DNA of 64,000 nt, from NCBI GenBank assembly GCA_018064825.1, contig JAGHUL010000041.1, positions 465-64,464 on the forward strand. Direction: 5' to 3'. The position numbers were made by a program, and so were the translations under genes. Positions 1 to 9,828 of this stretch are shown here, one piece after another. The notes under the pieces were generated by a model. The model did not search any database, had not been told where the DNA came from, and saw only the letters and a program-made list of their open reading frames with translations. The number at the start of each line of letters is the position of its first letter. The first letter of the stretch is position 1. Source of the DNA: Candidatus Colivicinus equi. Lineage in GTDB: Bacteria; Bacillota_I; Bacilli_A; Erysipelotrichales; Erysipelotrichaceae.

Positions 1-1046
1 CTGAATGTGTACCTTCAGTAGAAAAATTTAGAATGTTAGGTTCAGGTACTGAAGCATGTATGTGCGCATTAAGAATTGCCAGATTAAAGACCGGACATAA
101 GAATGTATTAAAAATGGGTGGCGCATACCATGGATGGTCTGATCAAATGGCTTATGGTATGAGAATACCTGGCACAAAGGGTCTACAATCAAAAGGTGTT
201 CCAAACTTTGTATTTAAACATACTGATGAATTCTTCCCTAACGATCTTGAAGATTTAGAGAAGAAGTTAAAATTAAATCAATTAAATGGCGGTACAGCTG
301 CTGTTTATATCGAACCAATAGGACCTGAATCAGGCACTAGACCTGTTTCAAAAGAATTCGTTCAAGGTTGTGAAAGATTAGCTCATAAATACGGCGCATT
401 ACTAGTTTGTGATGAAGTTGTATCTGGATTCAGAATTGGTCTATCTGGTGCTCAAGGATACTTTGGTATCAATCCAGACTTAACAATTTTCGGTAAGATT
501 ATCGCTGGTGGATATCCAGGCGCTGGTGGTGTTGGCGGACACGCTGATTGTATGGCTCACTTAGGTGCTGGTCTAGATGCTTCTGGAAAGAAGATATCTA
601 AAGCATTGTGCGGTGGTACAATGGCTGCTACTCCTATATCTTGTGTTGCAGGATATACAGCAATTTGTGAAATCGAAAAACGTAACGCTTGTGAAGTAGC
701 TGGAAGAATGGGAGACCGTTTAACTAAAGGTTTACAAGAATTAATTAAGAAATACGATTTACCATTTGTAGCATTCAATACAGGTTCAATCTGTCACTTA
801 GACTCTGTTGGTACAATGCACTTTAAGATTGACTGGACTAAACCTTGGACTATTCCAACAGTTCTAAAACAAACTGATATTAGAAGAGTTGAAATGGAAC
901 ATATTGGTGCTGCTTATATGGCAGAAGGTATTATCACATTAGCAGGATCTAGATTATATACTAGTGCAGCATACACTGAAGAAGATATTGATGATGTACT
1001 ATCAAGATTCGAAAGAGTATTTGCGAACTGCGGAAAGATTGAATAA
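1..1046 (+). CDS. Class-III PLP aminotransferase, glutamate-1-semialdehyde aminomutase-like (5' partial, enters from window edge)
   Basis: The frame is open from base 3 (ECVPSVEKFR precedes the listed Met). Motifs FRM.GSGTEA, GGAYHGW, VCDEVVSGFR and FGKIIAGGYP (PLP-Lys region) are typical of HemL-like class-III aminotransferases. Confidence 0.8.
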   Translation, partial: ECVPSVEKFRMLGSGTEACMCALRIARLKTGHKNVLKMGGAYHGWSDQMAYGMRIPGTKGLQSKGVPNFVFKHTDEFFPNDLEDLEKKLKLNQLNGGTAAVYIEPIGPESGTRPVSKEFVQGCERLAHKYGALLVCDEVVSGFRIGLSGAQGYFGINPDLTIFGKIIAGGYPGAGGVGGHADCMAHLGAGLDASGKKISKALCGGTMAATPISCVAGYTAICEIEKRNACEVAGRMGDRLTKGLQELIKKYDLPFVAFNTGSICHLDSVGTMHFKIDWTKPWTIPTVLKQTDIRRVEMEHIGAAYMAEGIITLAGSRLYTSAAYTEEDIDDVLSRFERVFANCGKIE

Positions 1047-1048
1047 TT

Positions 1049-1825
1049 ATGGAAGAATTAGAACTTAGACAACAAATTATTGAAGCATGTAAATATCTTC
1101 AAGAAAAGAAATTGGTTGCTCGTACTTGGGGCAATGTTAGTGCAAGATTAAACGAATATGAATTTATCATTACTCCATCAGGTTTAGACTATAATCTAAC
1201 AAAACCTGAAGACTTAGTTAAAGTAAGTATCGATGATTGTTCATATGACAAATCACAAAGAAAGCCTAGTTCAGAAAAAAGAATTCACGCTAGTGCTTAC
1301 GCTTTAAGAAAAGATGTAAGCTTCATCGTACACACTCATCAGTTATATGCTTCTGCAGTATGCGCTGAAGAATCATCAATATATCTATCAGACGGAGAAT
1401 TTGTTCCATGCATAGATTATGGACTACCTGGCACAAAACAATTAGCTAGAAACGTAAAAGATATATATAAGAGATTCCCTAATACAAATATCTTCTTAAT
1501 GGCAAAACACGGAACAATCTGTTTTGGCAAAGATAAAGATGAAGCAATTAAGAATGCAGAATTCTTAGAGAATGAATGCGAACTTCTATACAAGAAACGT
1601 GTTAAAGAAGAAATCGTTCCTGAAAAATTAGAAGTTTATCTAGATGATTACGCACAAATGTTCCCTCCTCAAGAAGGTGAAGATGAAGAAGCATTAGAAA
1701 TCATCAAAGAAAAGAACATCAAAGCAAATCTTTATGTTAAAGATTCAAAACCATTAAAAGATTTTGATGTAAAGCTACAACATTTCGTATATACAAGAAA
1801 ATATTCAAAATTAAAGGATAAGTAA
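1049..1825 (+). CDS. Class II aldolase/adducin-family protein (fuculose-phosphate-aldolase-like)
   Basis: WGNVSARL and IVHTHQLYASA (zinc-His motif) are present. It starts 3 nt after the upstream stop. Confidence 0.8.
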   Translation: MEELELRQQIIEACKYLQEKKLVARTWGNVSARLNEYEFIITPSGLDYNLTKPEDLVKVSIDDCSYDKSQRKPSSEKRIHASAYALRKDVSFIVHTHQLYASAVCAEESSIYLSDGEFVPCIDYGLPGTKQLARNVKDIYKRFPNTNIFLMAKHGTICFGKDKDEAIKNAEFLENECELLYKKRVKEEIVPEKLEVYLDDYAQMFPPQEGEDEEALEIIKEKNIKANLYVKDSKPLKDFDVKLQHFVYTRKYSKLKDK

Positions 1826-1828
1826 TTT

Positions 1829-3427
1829 ATGAAATATGTAATTTCCTACGATATAGGAACAACTGGTTTAAAAACGTGCATATTTGAAATTGACAAAAAA
1901 ATTAATTTAATATCTAGTGATAATAATAGTTACGGACTATATATCTTAGATAATGGTGGTGCAGAACAAGATGCTGATGAATGGTGGGAGAATTTATGTA
2001 TCTCAACAAGAGAGTGTTTTGAGAAATCTCCTATAAAGATTAATCCAGAAGATATTGAGGGCATCTCTTTCTGTTCACAAATGCAAGGACTAGTTCTCGT
2101 TGATAAAGATGGAAAAGCTCTTCGTCGTCCTATGTCTTATATGGATCAAAGAGCAAAGAAACAAATTGAAAAAGGCATCGCAAATGGAATTCAAATTGCT
2201 GGAGCTAATATATTTAAGTTGATTCCATCGTTGGTAATTACAGGAGCAGTATCTAGTTCTGTTAAAGACCCTATGTGGAAATATAAATGGGTACAAGATA
2301 ACGAACCAGAAATATTTGCTAAAGTACATAAATGGTTAGATGTTAAAGACTATCTAATTTGCCGTTGCACTGGCGAATTCACGATGTCTGAAGATAGCGC
2401 TTATTCAACATTCTTATTTGACTCACGAAACGGAAAACGTTGTTGGTCAAAAACATTGTGCAAAATGTTTGATATCAACATGGATCATCTTCCTAAAATT
2501 GTTAAATCAACAGATATGGTTGGCGGTTTGACAAAGAAAGCAAGTGAAGAACTTGGTCTATTAGAAGGAACACCAGTATTCTCTGGTGGTGGTGATGCAA
2601 GCTTAATCGGTGTTGGTGCAGGATGCACTAATGTTGGCGATACACACATCTATGATGGAACATCTGGTTGGGTAAATACCGTTGTTGACAAACAGATGGT
2701 TGATGTTGATGCGATGATTGCTGCTGTAGTAGGTGCACAACCTAATAAATTCAATTATTTTGCCGAGATGGAAACAGCAGGCAAATGTCTTGAATGGGTA
2801 AAAGACCATTTGGCACTTGATGAAATAGGAATCTACTTAAAGAAACAGCATATTACCGAATCTGATGACAATAAATATGAAAGCTTATATAGCTACATGA
2901 CTGAAGTAATCCAAAAAGCAAAACCAGGTTCTGGTGGCGTAATATTTACACCATGGCTTCATGGCAATAGATGTCCATTTGAAGATCCATTAGTTACTGG
3001 TGGTTTCTATGGCGTTAAGCTTGAAACTGGTAAAACAGAACTAATTCGTTCTGTACTAGAAGGTGTATTCTATCACCTAAGATGGATGTTGGAATGCCAA
3101 GACAAGAAGATTAAAACTTCAGATCCTATCAGATTCGTTGGTGGAGGAGCTTTATCTCCATCGGGCTGTCAAATGTTGGCGGACATCCTAGGAAGAAAAA
3201 TCGAAACCGTAAAGAATACACAATTCGTTGGTGCTATTGGCGCTGCTGCAATTGTCGGCATAGGACTAGGAAAAATTGAAGGTCTAGATGTTTTGAAGGA
3301 ATACATTCCAGTTGATGCAATTTATGAGCCAAATATGGATATTCATAGAGATTACGAAAAGTATTATCAAACATTCAAAAACATATATAAAGCAAATAAA
3401 AAATTATACGAAAACTTACAAAACTAG
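1829..3427 (+). CDS. FGGY-family carbohydrate kinase (xylulokinase/glycerol-kinase-like)
   Basis: It has an N-terminal SYDIGTTGLKTCIF actin-fold phosphate-1 motif plus SGGGDA and FVGGGALS motifs. Length is 532 aa. Confidence 0.85.
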   Translation: MKYVISYDIGTTGLKTCIFEIDKKINLISSDNNSYGLYILDNGGAEQDADEWWENLCISTRECFEKSPIKINPEDIEGISFCSQMQGLVLVDKDGKALRRPMSYMDQRAKKQIEKGIANGIQIAGANIFKLIPSLVITGAVSSSVKDPMWKYKWVQDNEPEIFAKVHKWLDVKDYLICRCTGEFTMSEDSAYSTFLFDSRNGKRCWSKTLCKMFDINMDHLPKIVKSTDMVGGLTKKASEELGLLEGTPVFSGGGDASLIGVGAGCTNVGDTHIYDGTSGWVNTVVDKQMVDVDAMIAAVVGAQPNKFNYFAEMETAGKCLEWVKDHLALDEIGIYLKKQHITESDDNKYESLYSYMTEVIQKAKPGSGGVIFTPWLHGNRCPFEDPLVTGGFYGVKLETGKTELIRSVLEGVFYHLRWMLECQDKKIKTSDPIRFVGGGALSPSGCQMLADILGRKIETVKNTQFVGAIGAAAIVGIGLGKIEGLDVLKEYIPVDAIYEPNMDIHRDYEKYYQTFKNIYKANKKLYENLQN

Positions 3428-3438
3428 AGGTAAACATT

Positions 3439-3840
3439 ATGGAAAAAAAGGAATTACTACGTACATTAAAATTTACATTGATATCTTGTTCAGCAGGATT
3501 AGTACAAGCCCTATCATTTGCTTTATTTGATTCTGTAATTAAAACTTCTTGGACAGTTAGTTATTTAGTTTCACTTGCTTTATCTGTTATTTGGAACTTT
3601 ACATTAAATAGAAAATATACTTTTAAATCTGCAAACAATGTACCTATCGCAATGTTAAAAGTAGTTGGTTTCTATCTAGTATTCACACCATTATCTACTC
3701 TACTAGGAAATTACTTAACAGGAACTCTTGGCTGGAATGATTACCTAGTAACGGGAATTAATATGGTATTGAATTTAGTTTCTGAATACTTCTTTGATAA
3801 ATATGTTGTATTTAGAGGAAGCATAGATTCAGCTGAATAG
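3439..3840 (+). CDS. GtrA-family small membrane protein
   Basis: 133 aa with four hydrophobic segments. The WNFTLNRKYTFKS motif is characteristic of GtrA-like proteins. Confidence 0.7.
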   Translation: MEKKELLRTLKFTLISCSAGLVQALSFALFDSVIKTSWTVSYLVSLALSVIWNFTLNRKYTFKSANNVPIAMLKVVGFYLVFTPLSTLLGNYLTGTLGWNDYLVTGINMVLNLVSEYFFDKYVVFRGSIDSAE

Positions 3841-3854
3841 ACAAGCAAATAATT

Positions 3855-3890
3855 AAAGTCGGTATCATCAATTGTGATACCGACTTTTTT
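3855..3890. terminator. Bidirectional rho-independent terminator between convergent genes
   Basis: Perfect hairpin AAAGTCGGTATCA-n-TGATACCGACTTT, flanked by an A-run upstream and TTTTTT downstream. Confidence 0.6.
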
Positions 3891-3895
3891 AATAC

Positions 3896-5704
3896 TTAAT
3901 TTTCAAATTGTGAATTATATAGTTTGTAATAGAAACCTTTCTTTTCTATTAATTCCTCGTGATTACCAACTTCAACGATATCGCCTTTATCAAGAACCAA
4001 TATGATATCGGCATTCCTAATCGTCGATAATCTATGAGCTATGGTAAATGCTGTTCTACCTTTTCTCAATTTTTCCATAGAATCTTGGATAAGCTGTTCA
4101 GTTCTAGTATCTACAGAAGATGTTGCTTCATCAAGAATTAAAATCTTAGGATCTCTTAAGAAAGCACGAGCAATAGTTATAAGCTGTTTTTGACCTTGCG
4201 AGATACCAGATGTATCTTCAGAAACAATCGTGTCGTATCCCTTTTCTAAAGTTCTAATGAATCTGTCGATATGTGCCAATTTACAAGCTTCATATATTTC
4301 TTCATCAGTAGCATCAGGCTTTGAGAAACGGATATTTTCTTTAATTGTGCCGTCAAATAACCACGCATCTTGTAGAACCATGCCGAACATTGAACGTAAA
4401 TCATTACGTGAATATTCTTTGATATTGTGATAATCTACATAAATTGCACCATCGTTCAATTCATAGAATCTCATCAATAATTTAACTAATGTTGTTTTTC
4501 CTGCTCCAGTTGGGCCAACAATCGCAACATCTTTACCTGGCGCAACAAACATTGAGAAATTTTTGATAATAATTTTATCAGGACTATATCCGAATCTAAC
4601 ATTTTCGAAAGTGATATTTCCTTGAATGTTCATCGAACCATTCTCATCATAGATGTTAATAGGGTTTTCAGTATCTTTAACTTCTTCTGGTTCATTTAAT
4701 AATTCAAATATTCTTTCAGAAGCAGCAGCCATTGTTTGAATGGTATTTAATAATTGAGCTATTGAATTAATAGGTTGTTGTAATCTACGAACGTATGTAG
4801 TGAATGCTTGAATATCGCCTATATTCATTCTTCCCTTAATGACTTCAAAACCACCTACTAGACATACCGCAACATAACCAACATTTTGAATAAAGCCAGT
4901 TACAGGATGCATTACTGCTGAATAAAATTGTGACTTATATGCGGCGTTATATAATTCATTATTTAATTCGTCGAACTTCTCAATAGAATTCTCTTCATAG
5001 TTATAAGTCTTTACGAGTAAATGACCAGAATACATTTCCTCAACATGTCCATTTACCTTACCTAAGAATTTAGAGTTTGCACTAAAATATTTCTGTGATT
5101 TCTTAATAATGAAAGCGGCTAACAAGCCAGAAACTGGAACGACTATCAAAGAGATAATTGTCAATTTCCACGAAATTGTAAGCATCATAAACAAAACGCC
5201 AACGATATTGATTAATGAGTTTAGAACTTGAGAAACAGTAGAAGTAAGATTGTTCGAAATATTATCTACATCATTCGTAACTCTAGACAAAACTTCACCA
5301 TGAGTTTGTTTATCAAAATATGACAATGGTAATCTATTAATCTTTTTTGAAATATCATCTCTTAAGCGATATGAAACATCGACAGAAATACCGGTGAATA
5401 AAACACTTACAAAATAATCCATAATAGCACTAATGATATAAATCATCAGTACTTTGGAAGCTAATGAACCGATCATCTCGAAATCAATACCCACACCACC
5501 TTGATACTTAGACAATATTCCTTCAGAAAGTAACGTGGTAATATTTCCAATTAATTTTGGTCCATAAATACACATCACCGTTGAAGTAACCATGATGGCA
5601 AGAGCTATTATGATACGAGCATAATAAGGTTTTGCGTAAAGAATTAGTTGGGCAATTGAATTTTTAAAATTCTTTGGTTTTTCAATTTTTCTCATAGGAG
5701 GCAT
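3896..5704 (-). CDS. ABC exporter, fused permease/ATPase (heterodimer partner 2, multidrug-type)
   Basis: Six-TM domain plus NBD with Walker A GPTGAGKTT, signature SQGQKQ and Walker B ILILDEATS. The start was moved to the ATG at 5704 (MPPMRKIEKP), which overlaps the upstream stop as TAATG. Confidence 0.9.
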   Translation of the reverse strand: MPPMRKIEKPKNFKNSIAQLILYAKPYYARIIIALAIMVTSTVMCIYGPKLIGNITTLLSEGILSKYQGGVGIDFEMIGSLASKVLMIYIISAIMDYFVSVLFTGISVDVSYRLRDDISKKINRLPLSYFDKQTHGEVLSRVTNDVDNISNNLTSTVSQVLNSLINIVGVLFMMLTISWKLTIISLIVVPVSGLLAAFIIKKSQKYFSANSKFLGKVNGHVEEMYSGHLLVKTYNYEENSIEKFDELNNELYNAAYKSQFYSAVMHPVTGFIQNVGYVAVCLVGGFEVIKGRMNIGDIQAFTTYVRRLQQPINSIAQLLNTIQTMAAASERIFELLNEPEEVKDTENPINIYDENGSMNIQGNITFENVRFGYSPDKIIIKNFSMFVAPGKDVAIVGPTGAGKTTLVKLLMRFYELNDGAIYVDYHNIKEYSRNDLRSMFGMVLQDAWLFDGTIKENIRFSKPDATDEEIYEACKLAHIDRFIRTLEKGYDTIVSEDTSGISQGQKQLITIARAFLRDPKILILDEATSSVDTRTEQLIQDSMEKLRKGRTAFTIAHRLSTIRNADIILVLDKGDIVEVGNHEELIEKKGFYYKLYNSQFEN

Positions 5705-7809
5705 TAGGCTAGTTCCTCCTTTGAAAGTTGTGAATAAGCAATTTGTTGATAAACATCGCAATTCTTTAATAATTCTTCATGAGTGCCTTGCCCAACAATT
5801 TTGCCCTCATCTAGAACGATTATTTTATCTGAATTTTTAATTGTTGAAATACGTTGCGCAACAATTAAAACAGTTGACTTGGTCTTTTTGATTAATTCAT
5901 TTAGTTCACTTCTTAATTTTTTATCAGTTGCATAGTCCAAAGCTGAGAAAGAGTCATCAAAGATATATATATTCTTTTTATCAGCTAAAGTTCTAGCGAT
6001 GGAAATACGCTGTTTCTGGCCACCCGAGACATTACTTCCTCCTTGAGTGATTGGCGTATGAATGCCTTCAGCATTTTCTTCTAAGATATTACGTGATTGT
6101 GAAATATCGATTGCTTCGTTTAAATCGGCATCAGATATTTCTCTTCCGAATTCAATATTAGATTTAATATCTCCAGAAAATAGAATAGCTTTTTGTGTAG
6201 CGTAGCCAATCTTGTCGTGCAAATCAGCTTGTTTAACTTTTCTAATGTCGTGACCACAATAAGTGATACTACCTCCACTAACATCAAATAATCTAGGAAT
6301 TAGTTTGATAATAGTAGACTTGCCTGAACCAGTTGAACCAATAAAGGCAACGGTCTCTCCAGGATTTGCTTTAAAACTAATATTATCTAAAACTGATTCG
6401 CTTGCGCCTGGATATTTAAAAGTTACATTGTTGAAACTCAATACACCATTCTCTTTTGGCAATGTTTCAGGATTGTCATCATCTAATATAGTGTTCTTTG
6501 TATTCATAACTTCTTCAATTCTTCTAACAGAAACTAGTGAACGAGGAATCATGAAGAACATTACTGTAACAATCATAAATGACATAACAACATGCATTGC
6601 ATATTGCGAGAAAGCCATCATATCACCAATAGACATTACATCTAAATCAATCTGTTTTGCAGAAAACCAAGTAATAGCTACTGTTAATCCATTCAAAACA
6701 AGAGTCATAATAGGCATTGCAATATTTACCATATTAGAAACGAAACGATCTATCTTTCTAAATTCTCTATTTGTCTCGTCAAATTTCTCTTCTTCTTGAG
6801 GTTGAGAATTAAATGCTCTAATTACTAACATACCATCTAGATATTCGCGCGTGATAGAGTTTATTTTATCTACTAACCTTTGAATAATTTCGAATTTTGG
6901 TACAGCAAATATAGCTAGTACTATCATGCCGGCAACAATGATGCATATAGCAACTACTAAAAGCCAAGAAACACCAGGATATTGTGATACTTTCGCTACT
7001 GCTGTTAAGCCCATCATTGGGGCTATCATCATCATTCTAAGCATCATCTGAATCAATTGTTGAGCCTTAGTTACATCATTGCTTGTTCTTGTGATTAATG
7101 ATGAAGTAGAAAACTTCGAAAATTCACTTGAAGAAAAAGACTCAACTTTTTCAAAGACATCTTTTCTCATCTTAGTCGCAATCTTAGCAGCTGTCTTGGT
7201 TGCCAAATAAGTTGTTACTAGTTGAGCTACTACACTTATTGCGGCAATACCTAGCATCTTTAAACCAGATATTAAAATATAGTTTGTTTGAATAGTTTCG
7301 CAATTTAAACCAACATTTCTATATAATTGGCCAGTATAAAGTTTAACCATACTTGAATAGTTTTCCTCTAGGCCTTTTAAATTAGTTTGAATTGTCGAAA
7401 TATCTACTGTATTAACATCAAGATTTTGTTGATGACAAATATATGTAGATACAATAGGCATTTCTATTATTGAAGAAATGTCTTCATAATCTTCTTTTAA
7501 AACATATACATCATCTATAAATTCGATTTCTTTATTATCTACAACAGCTTTATTTCCTTTTTCAATTAATGAATATTGCTTTAATATCTGTTCATCGTCT
7601 TTTGTAAAAAGCAATAATTCATTCATATCTTTGCTGGTAATAGCTTTAGGAACTGTTTCGACAATACCAGCATATTGAATACCATCAGTTACGATATCAG
7701 CCATATAATCTGGTAAAGCTAATTCTGTTTGAACTTGTACAAAAGTAAAAACAAAAATCATAAGTACCACTAATATATAAGGCTTAATATATTTAAAAAG
7801 ATACTTCAT
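5704..7809 (-). CDS. ABC exporter, fused permease/ATPase (heterodimer partner 1) with an enlarged first extracytoplasmic loop
   Basis: Walker A GSTGSGKST, signature SGGQKQR and Walker B IYIFDDSFSALD. About 150 aa lie between TM1 and TM2. Confidence 0.9.
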   Translation of the reverse strand: MKYLFKYIKPYILVVLMIFVFTFVQVQTELALPDYMADIVTDGIQYAGIVETVPKAITSKDMNELLLFTKDDEQILKQYSLIEKGNKAVVDNKEIEFIDDVYVLKEDYEDISSIIEMPIVSTYICHQQNLDVNTVDISTIQTNLKGLEENYSSMVKLYTGQLYRNVGLNCETIQTNYILISGLKMLGIAAISVVAQLVTTYLATKTAAKIATKMRKDVFEKVESFSSSEFSKFSTSSLITRTSNDVTKAQQLIQMMLRMMMIAPMMGLTAVAKVSQYPGVSWLLVVAICIIVAGMIVLAIFAVPKFEIIQRLVDKINSITREYLDGMLVIRAFNSQPQEEEKFDETNREFRKIDRFVSNMVNIAMPIMTLVLNGLTVAITWFSAKQIDLDVMSIGDMMAFSQYAMHVVMSFMIVTVMFFMIPRSLVSVRRIEEVMNTKNTILDDDNPETLPKENGVLSFNNVTFKYPGASESVLDNISFKANPGETVAFIGSTGSGKSTIIKLIPRLFDVSGGSITYCGHDIRKVKQADLHDKIGYATQKAILFSGDIKSNIEFGREISDADLNEAIDISQSRNILEENAEGIHTPITQGGSNVSGGQKQRISIARTLADKKNIYIFDDSFSALDYATDKKLRSELNELIKKTKSTVLIVAQRISTIKNSDKIIVLDEGKIVGQGTHEELLKNCDVYQQIAYSQLSKEELA

Positions 7810-7812
7810 ATA

Positions 7813-8241
7813 TTAATCCTCCAAATTCTTCTTCATTTTATTAACTATCATGATAAATTGATCTAATTCTTTTTTACTTATTCCATCGGTAAGTTTATCT
7901 TCAAGATTGCTTATTGTGGTTTCAATTGCTTTTCTTTCGTTTTTAACCATTTGTGTAATCTTGATATATTTTTTACGCTTATCTTCTTTAGAAGCAATTC
8001 TTTGAATGAATCCCTTTTCTTCTAATGAATCCAAACTTCCCGTAACACTAGCTTTCTTAATATGTATTTCTTTCTCAATTTGTTTTTGGCAAATATCTTG
8101 ATCTTCGTTGTTTATCAAATAAAAAAGTATGTGTAATTGGGTTGGATTTAAATTGTTATAAAAGTGATGTGTGTTTGTTTTAATATACTTACCAATTTCA
8201 CAATTTATATCTCTAAATTCTTTAGTTACTTTATTGTTCAT
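7813..8241 (-). CDS. MarR-family transcriptional regulator
   Basis: 142 aa with a winged-HTH pattern (SVTGSLDSLEEKGFIQR...DKRKKYIKIT). It lies immediately upstream of the ABC exporter pair, 3 nt from it. Confidence 0.85.
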   Translation of the reverse strand: MNNKVTKEFRDINCEIGKYIKTNTHHFYNNLNPTQLHILFYLINNEDQDICQKQIEKEIHIKKASVTGSLDSLEEKGFIQRIASKEDKRKKYIKITQMVKNERKAIETTISNLEDKLTDGISKKELDQFIMIVNKMKKNLED

Positions 8242-8253
8242 AATCCTCCAAAA

Positions 8254-8269
8254 TTAGTTCGTAAACTAA
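8254..8269. promoter_or_regulatory. Candidate MarR operator (inverted repeat TTAGTT-cgta-AACTAA)
   Basis: A perfect 6+6 inverted repeat sits 13 nt upstream of the marR start codon. Confidence 0.35.
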
Positions 8270-8334
8270 CTATATTAGTGTATTATCAGACCGTACATTT
8301 GTCAATTAAAATGGCATAAGCATATAATAAAAAT

Positions 8335-9093
8335 ATGCTACTTACAATTGATTTTGGAAACACAAGTATCAAGTTTGGCGTCTTTGATGGTTACGAATTA
8401 GTAGCCTTCACTTGTTTAGATGAAAGACCTGATGATTATCGTAACGCTATACTATCTTTTTTGTTTAGATCTAATTTAAGAGCTGACTGCATTGAAGATG
8501 CTATTTTGTCATGTGTCGTTCTTTCTGAGTATGAAAAAATATATACCGCATTATCATCAATCGTTACCGGTCGTGTAATTGATATCGTTCAAGATAAAGA
8601 TTATGGCATTAAACTAGATGTCCCTCATCCTGAAGAAGTTGGGGATGATTTAGTAGTTATGGCAGCATACTCATATTATTTACATCCAGAGGAACAAATA
8701 ATTGTTTCTTTAGGAACTTGTACAGTACTGATCCACATCACTGAAAATGGTGAATTTAAACATTGTATTATTGCCCCAGGATTTAAGAAAATTTGTTCAT
8801 CAATGTGGGATAGCGCATCTCAACTTCCAAAGATCGAGGTCACAAAGAAAAATTCATTCCTAGCAAATACTACAGTCGATGCTATGAATGTTGGCATGTA
8901 TAACGGCTTCATTGGTATGGTCGCTTTCTTGATCGCTGGATTAAAAGATGAAATTGGCAAAGGAAGCTTATTTGTTCAAGGATGTGGTGGCCAAGGAAAT
9001 ATGGTTGTTCCATGTATTTCTTTCTTTGATGAATATGATCCTGATTTTGTCACTAAAGGATTAAGTTATATATATTATTCATTTGAACGATGA
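8335..9093 (+). CDS. coaX: Type III pantothenate kinase
   Basis: N-terminal LLTIDFGNTSIKFGVF (DxGNT motif). Length of 252 aa is typical of CoaX. Confidence 0.8.
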   Translation: MLLTIDFGNTSIKFGVFDGYELVAFTCLDERPDDYRNAILSFLFRSNLRADCIEDAILSCVVLSEYEKIYTALSSIVTGRVIDIVQDKDYGIKLDVPHPEEVGDDLVVMAAYSYYLHPEEQIIVSLGTCTVLIHITENGEFKHCIIAPGFKKICSSMWDSASQLPKIEVTKKNSFLANTTVDAMNVGMYNGFIGMVAFLIAGLKDEIGKGSLFVQGCGGQGNMVVPCISFFDEYDPDFVTKGLSYIYYSFER

Positions 9094-9659
9094 ACAAGAT
9101 TATTTTGGCTTCACAATCTCCAAGAAGAAAAGAACTTCTAAGTATGTTAGAGATTCCTTTCGATATTATCGTTGCGGATATTAACGAACAAATTGATTAT
9201 AATAACGACCTAGTCGAAGAAATAAAGAAATTATCTTATCAAAAAGCTGAAGCTGTTTTTAAGGACCATCAAGATAATATTGTCATCGGTTCTGACACTA
9301 TTGTTTATATAGATAATGAGGTTTTAGGAAAACCAAAAACAATTGAAAATGCTAAAGAGATGCTGCATAAGCTATCTAATAGAACACATCAAGTAGTAAC
9401 AGCAGTTACAATCATGTCAAAAGATAAAGTTGATACTTTTGCCAGCATCACTGATGTTACATTCTATGAACTAAGTGATGAAGAAATAAATAGATATGTT
9501 GATTCAACAGAGCCATTAGATAAAGCGGGAGCTTATGCGATTCAAGGCAAAGGTTCTGAATTTGTTAAATCAATTAATGGCGACTACTACACAGTTGTTG
9601 GTTTGCCTATAGCAGAGTTATTCCATCGTTTAAAGAAATTTAATGCCGATATAGTATAG
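9090..9659 (+). CDS. maf: Maf-family nucleoside-triphosphate pyrophosphatase (septum formation protein)
   Basis: ILASQSPRRKELL, GSDTIV and AGAYAIQG motifs. It has a 4-nt overlap with coaX. Confidence 0.85.
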   Translation: MNKIILASQSPRRKELLSMLEIPFDIIVADINEQIDYNNDLVEEIKKLSYQKAEAVFKDHQDNIVIGSDTIVYIDNEVLGKPKTIENAKEMLHKLSNRTHQVVTAVTIMSKDKVDTFASITDVTFYELSDEEINRYVDSTEPLDKAGAYAIQGKGSEFVKSINGDYYTVVGLPIAELFHRLKKFNADIV

Positions 9660-9718
9660 TGGTAATACAGATCCATGGTAAGGATCAACCCGTGGTTCAA
9701 TTCCGCGTATCGGCACCA
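9645..9718 (+). tRNA. tRNA-Thr (anticodon GGU), CCA encoded
   Basis: Hand-folded cloverleaf with acceptor GCCGATA/TATCGGC and D-stem GTAT/ATAC. The anticodon stem is GATCC/GGATC with loop A-T-GGT-A-A, and the T-arm is CGTGG-TTCAATT-CCGCG. It ends in a 3' ACCA. Confidence 0.85.
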
Positions 9719-9730
9719 TTCAAAAAGAAA

Positions 9731-9763
9731 AGCTCATAATCTTCAATGGTTATGGGCTTTTTT
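9731..9763 (+). terminator. Rho-independent terminator after the tRNA
   Basis: AGCTCATAA...TTATGGGCT stem (one G-T pair) followed by TTTTT. Confidence 0.55.
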
Positions 9764-9828
9764 AAACTTTCGTATTTTTTTGATTAGATTTTTGCAAATA
9801 ATTTGCCAAATAGTTTATGTTTTATGAG

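Noticed and set aside
5705-5761. N-terminal extension MRCLSTNCLFTTFKGGTSL of the second ABC exporter ORF
   Set aside because: It overlaps the 3' end of the upstream ABC gene. The ATG at 5704 forms a TAATG stop-start junction and gives a normal ABC N-terminus.
6263-6799. 178-aa plus-strand ORF. Other long antisense ORFs include 557-778, 9911-10237, 24355-24729, 31096-31464, 36965-37327, 43198-43545, 45146-45547, 48752-49063 and 57049-57441.
   Set aside because: All lie fully inside strongly supported CDSs on the opposite strand. They have low-complexity Ser/Ile/Leu/Phe-rich translations, which is typical of antisense frames in AT-rich DNA. None has an RBS or a recognisable motif.
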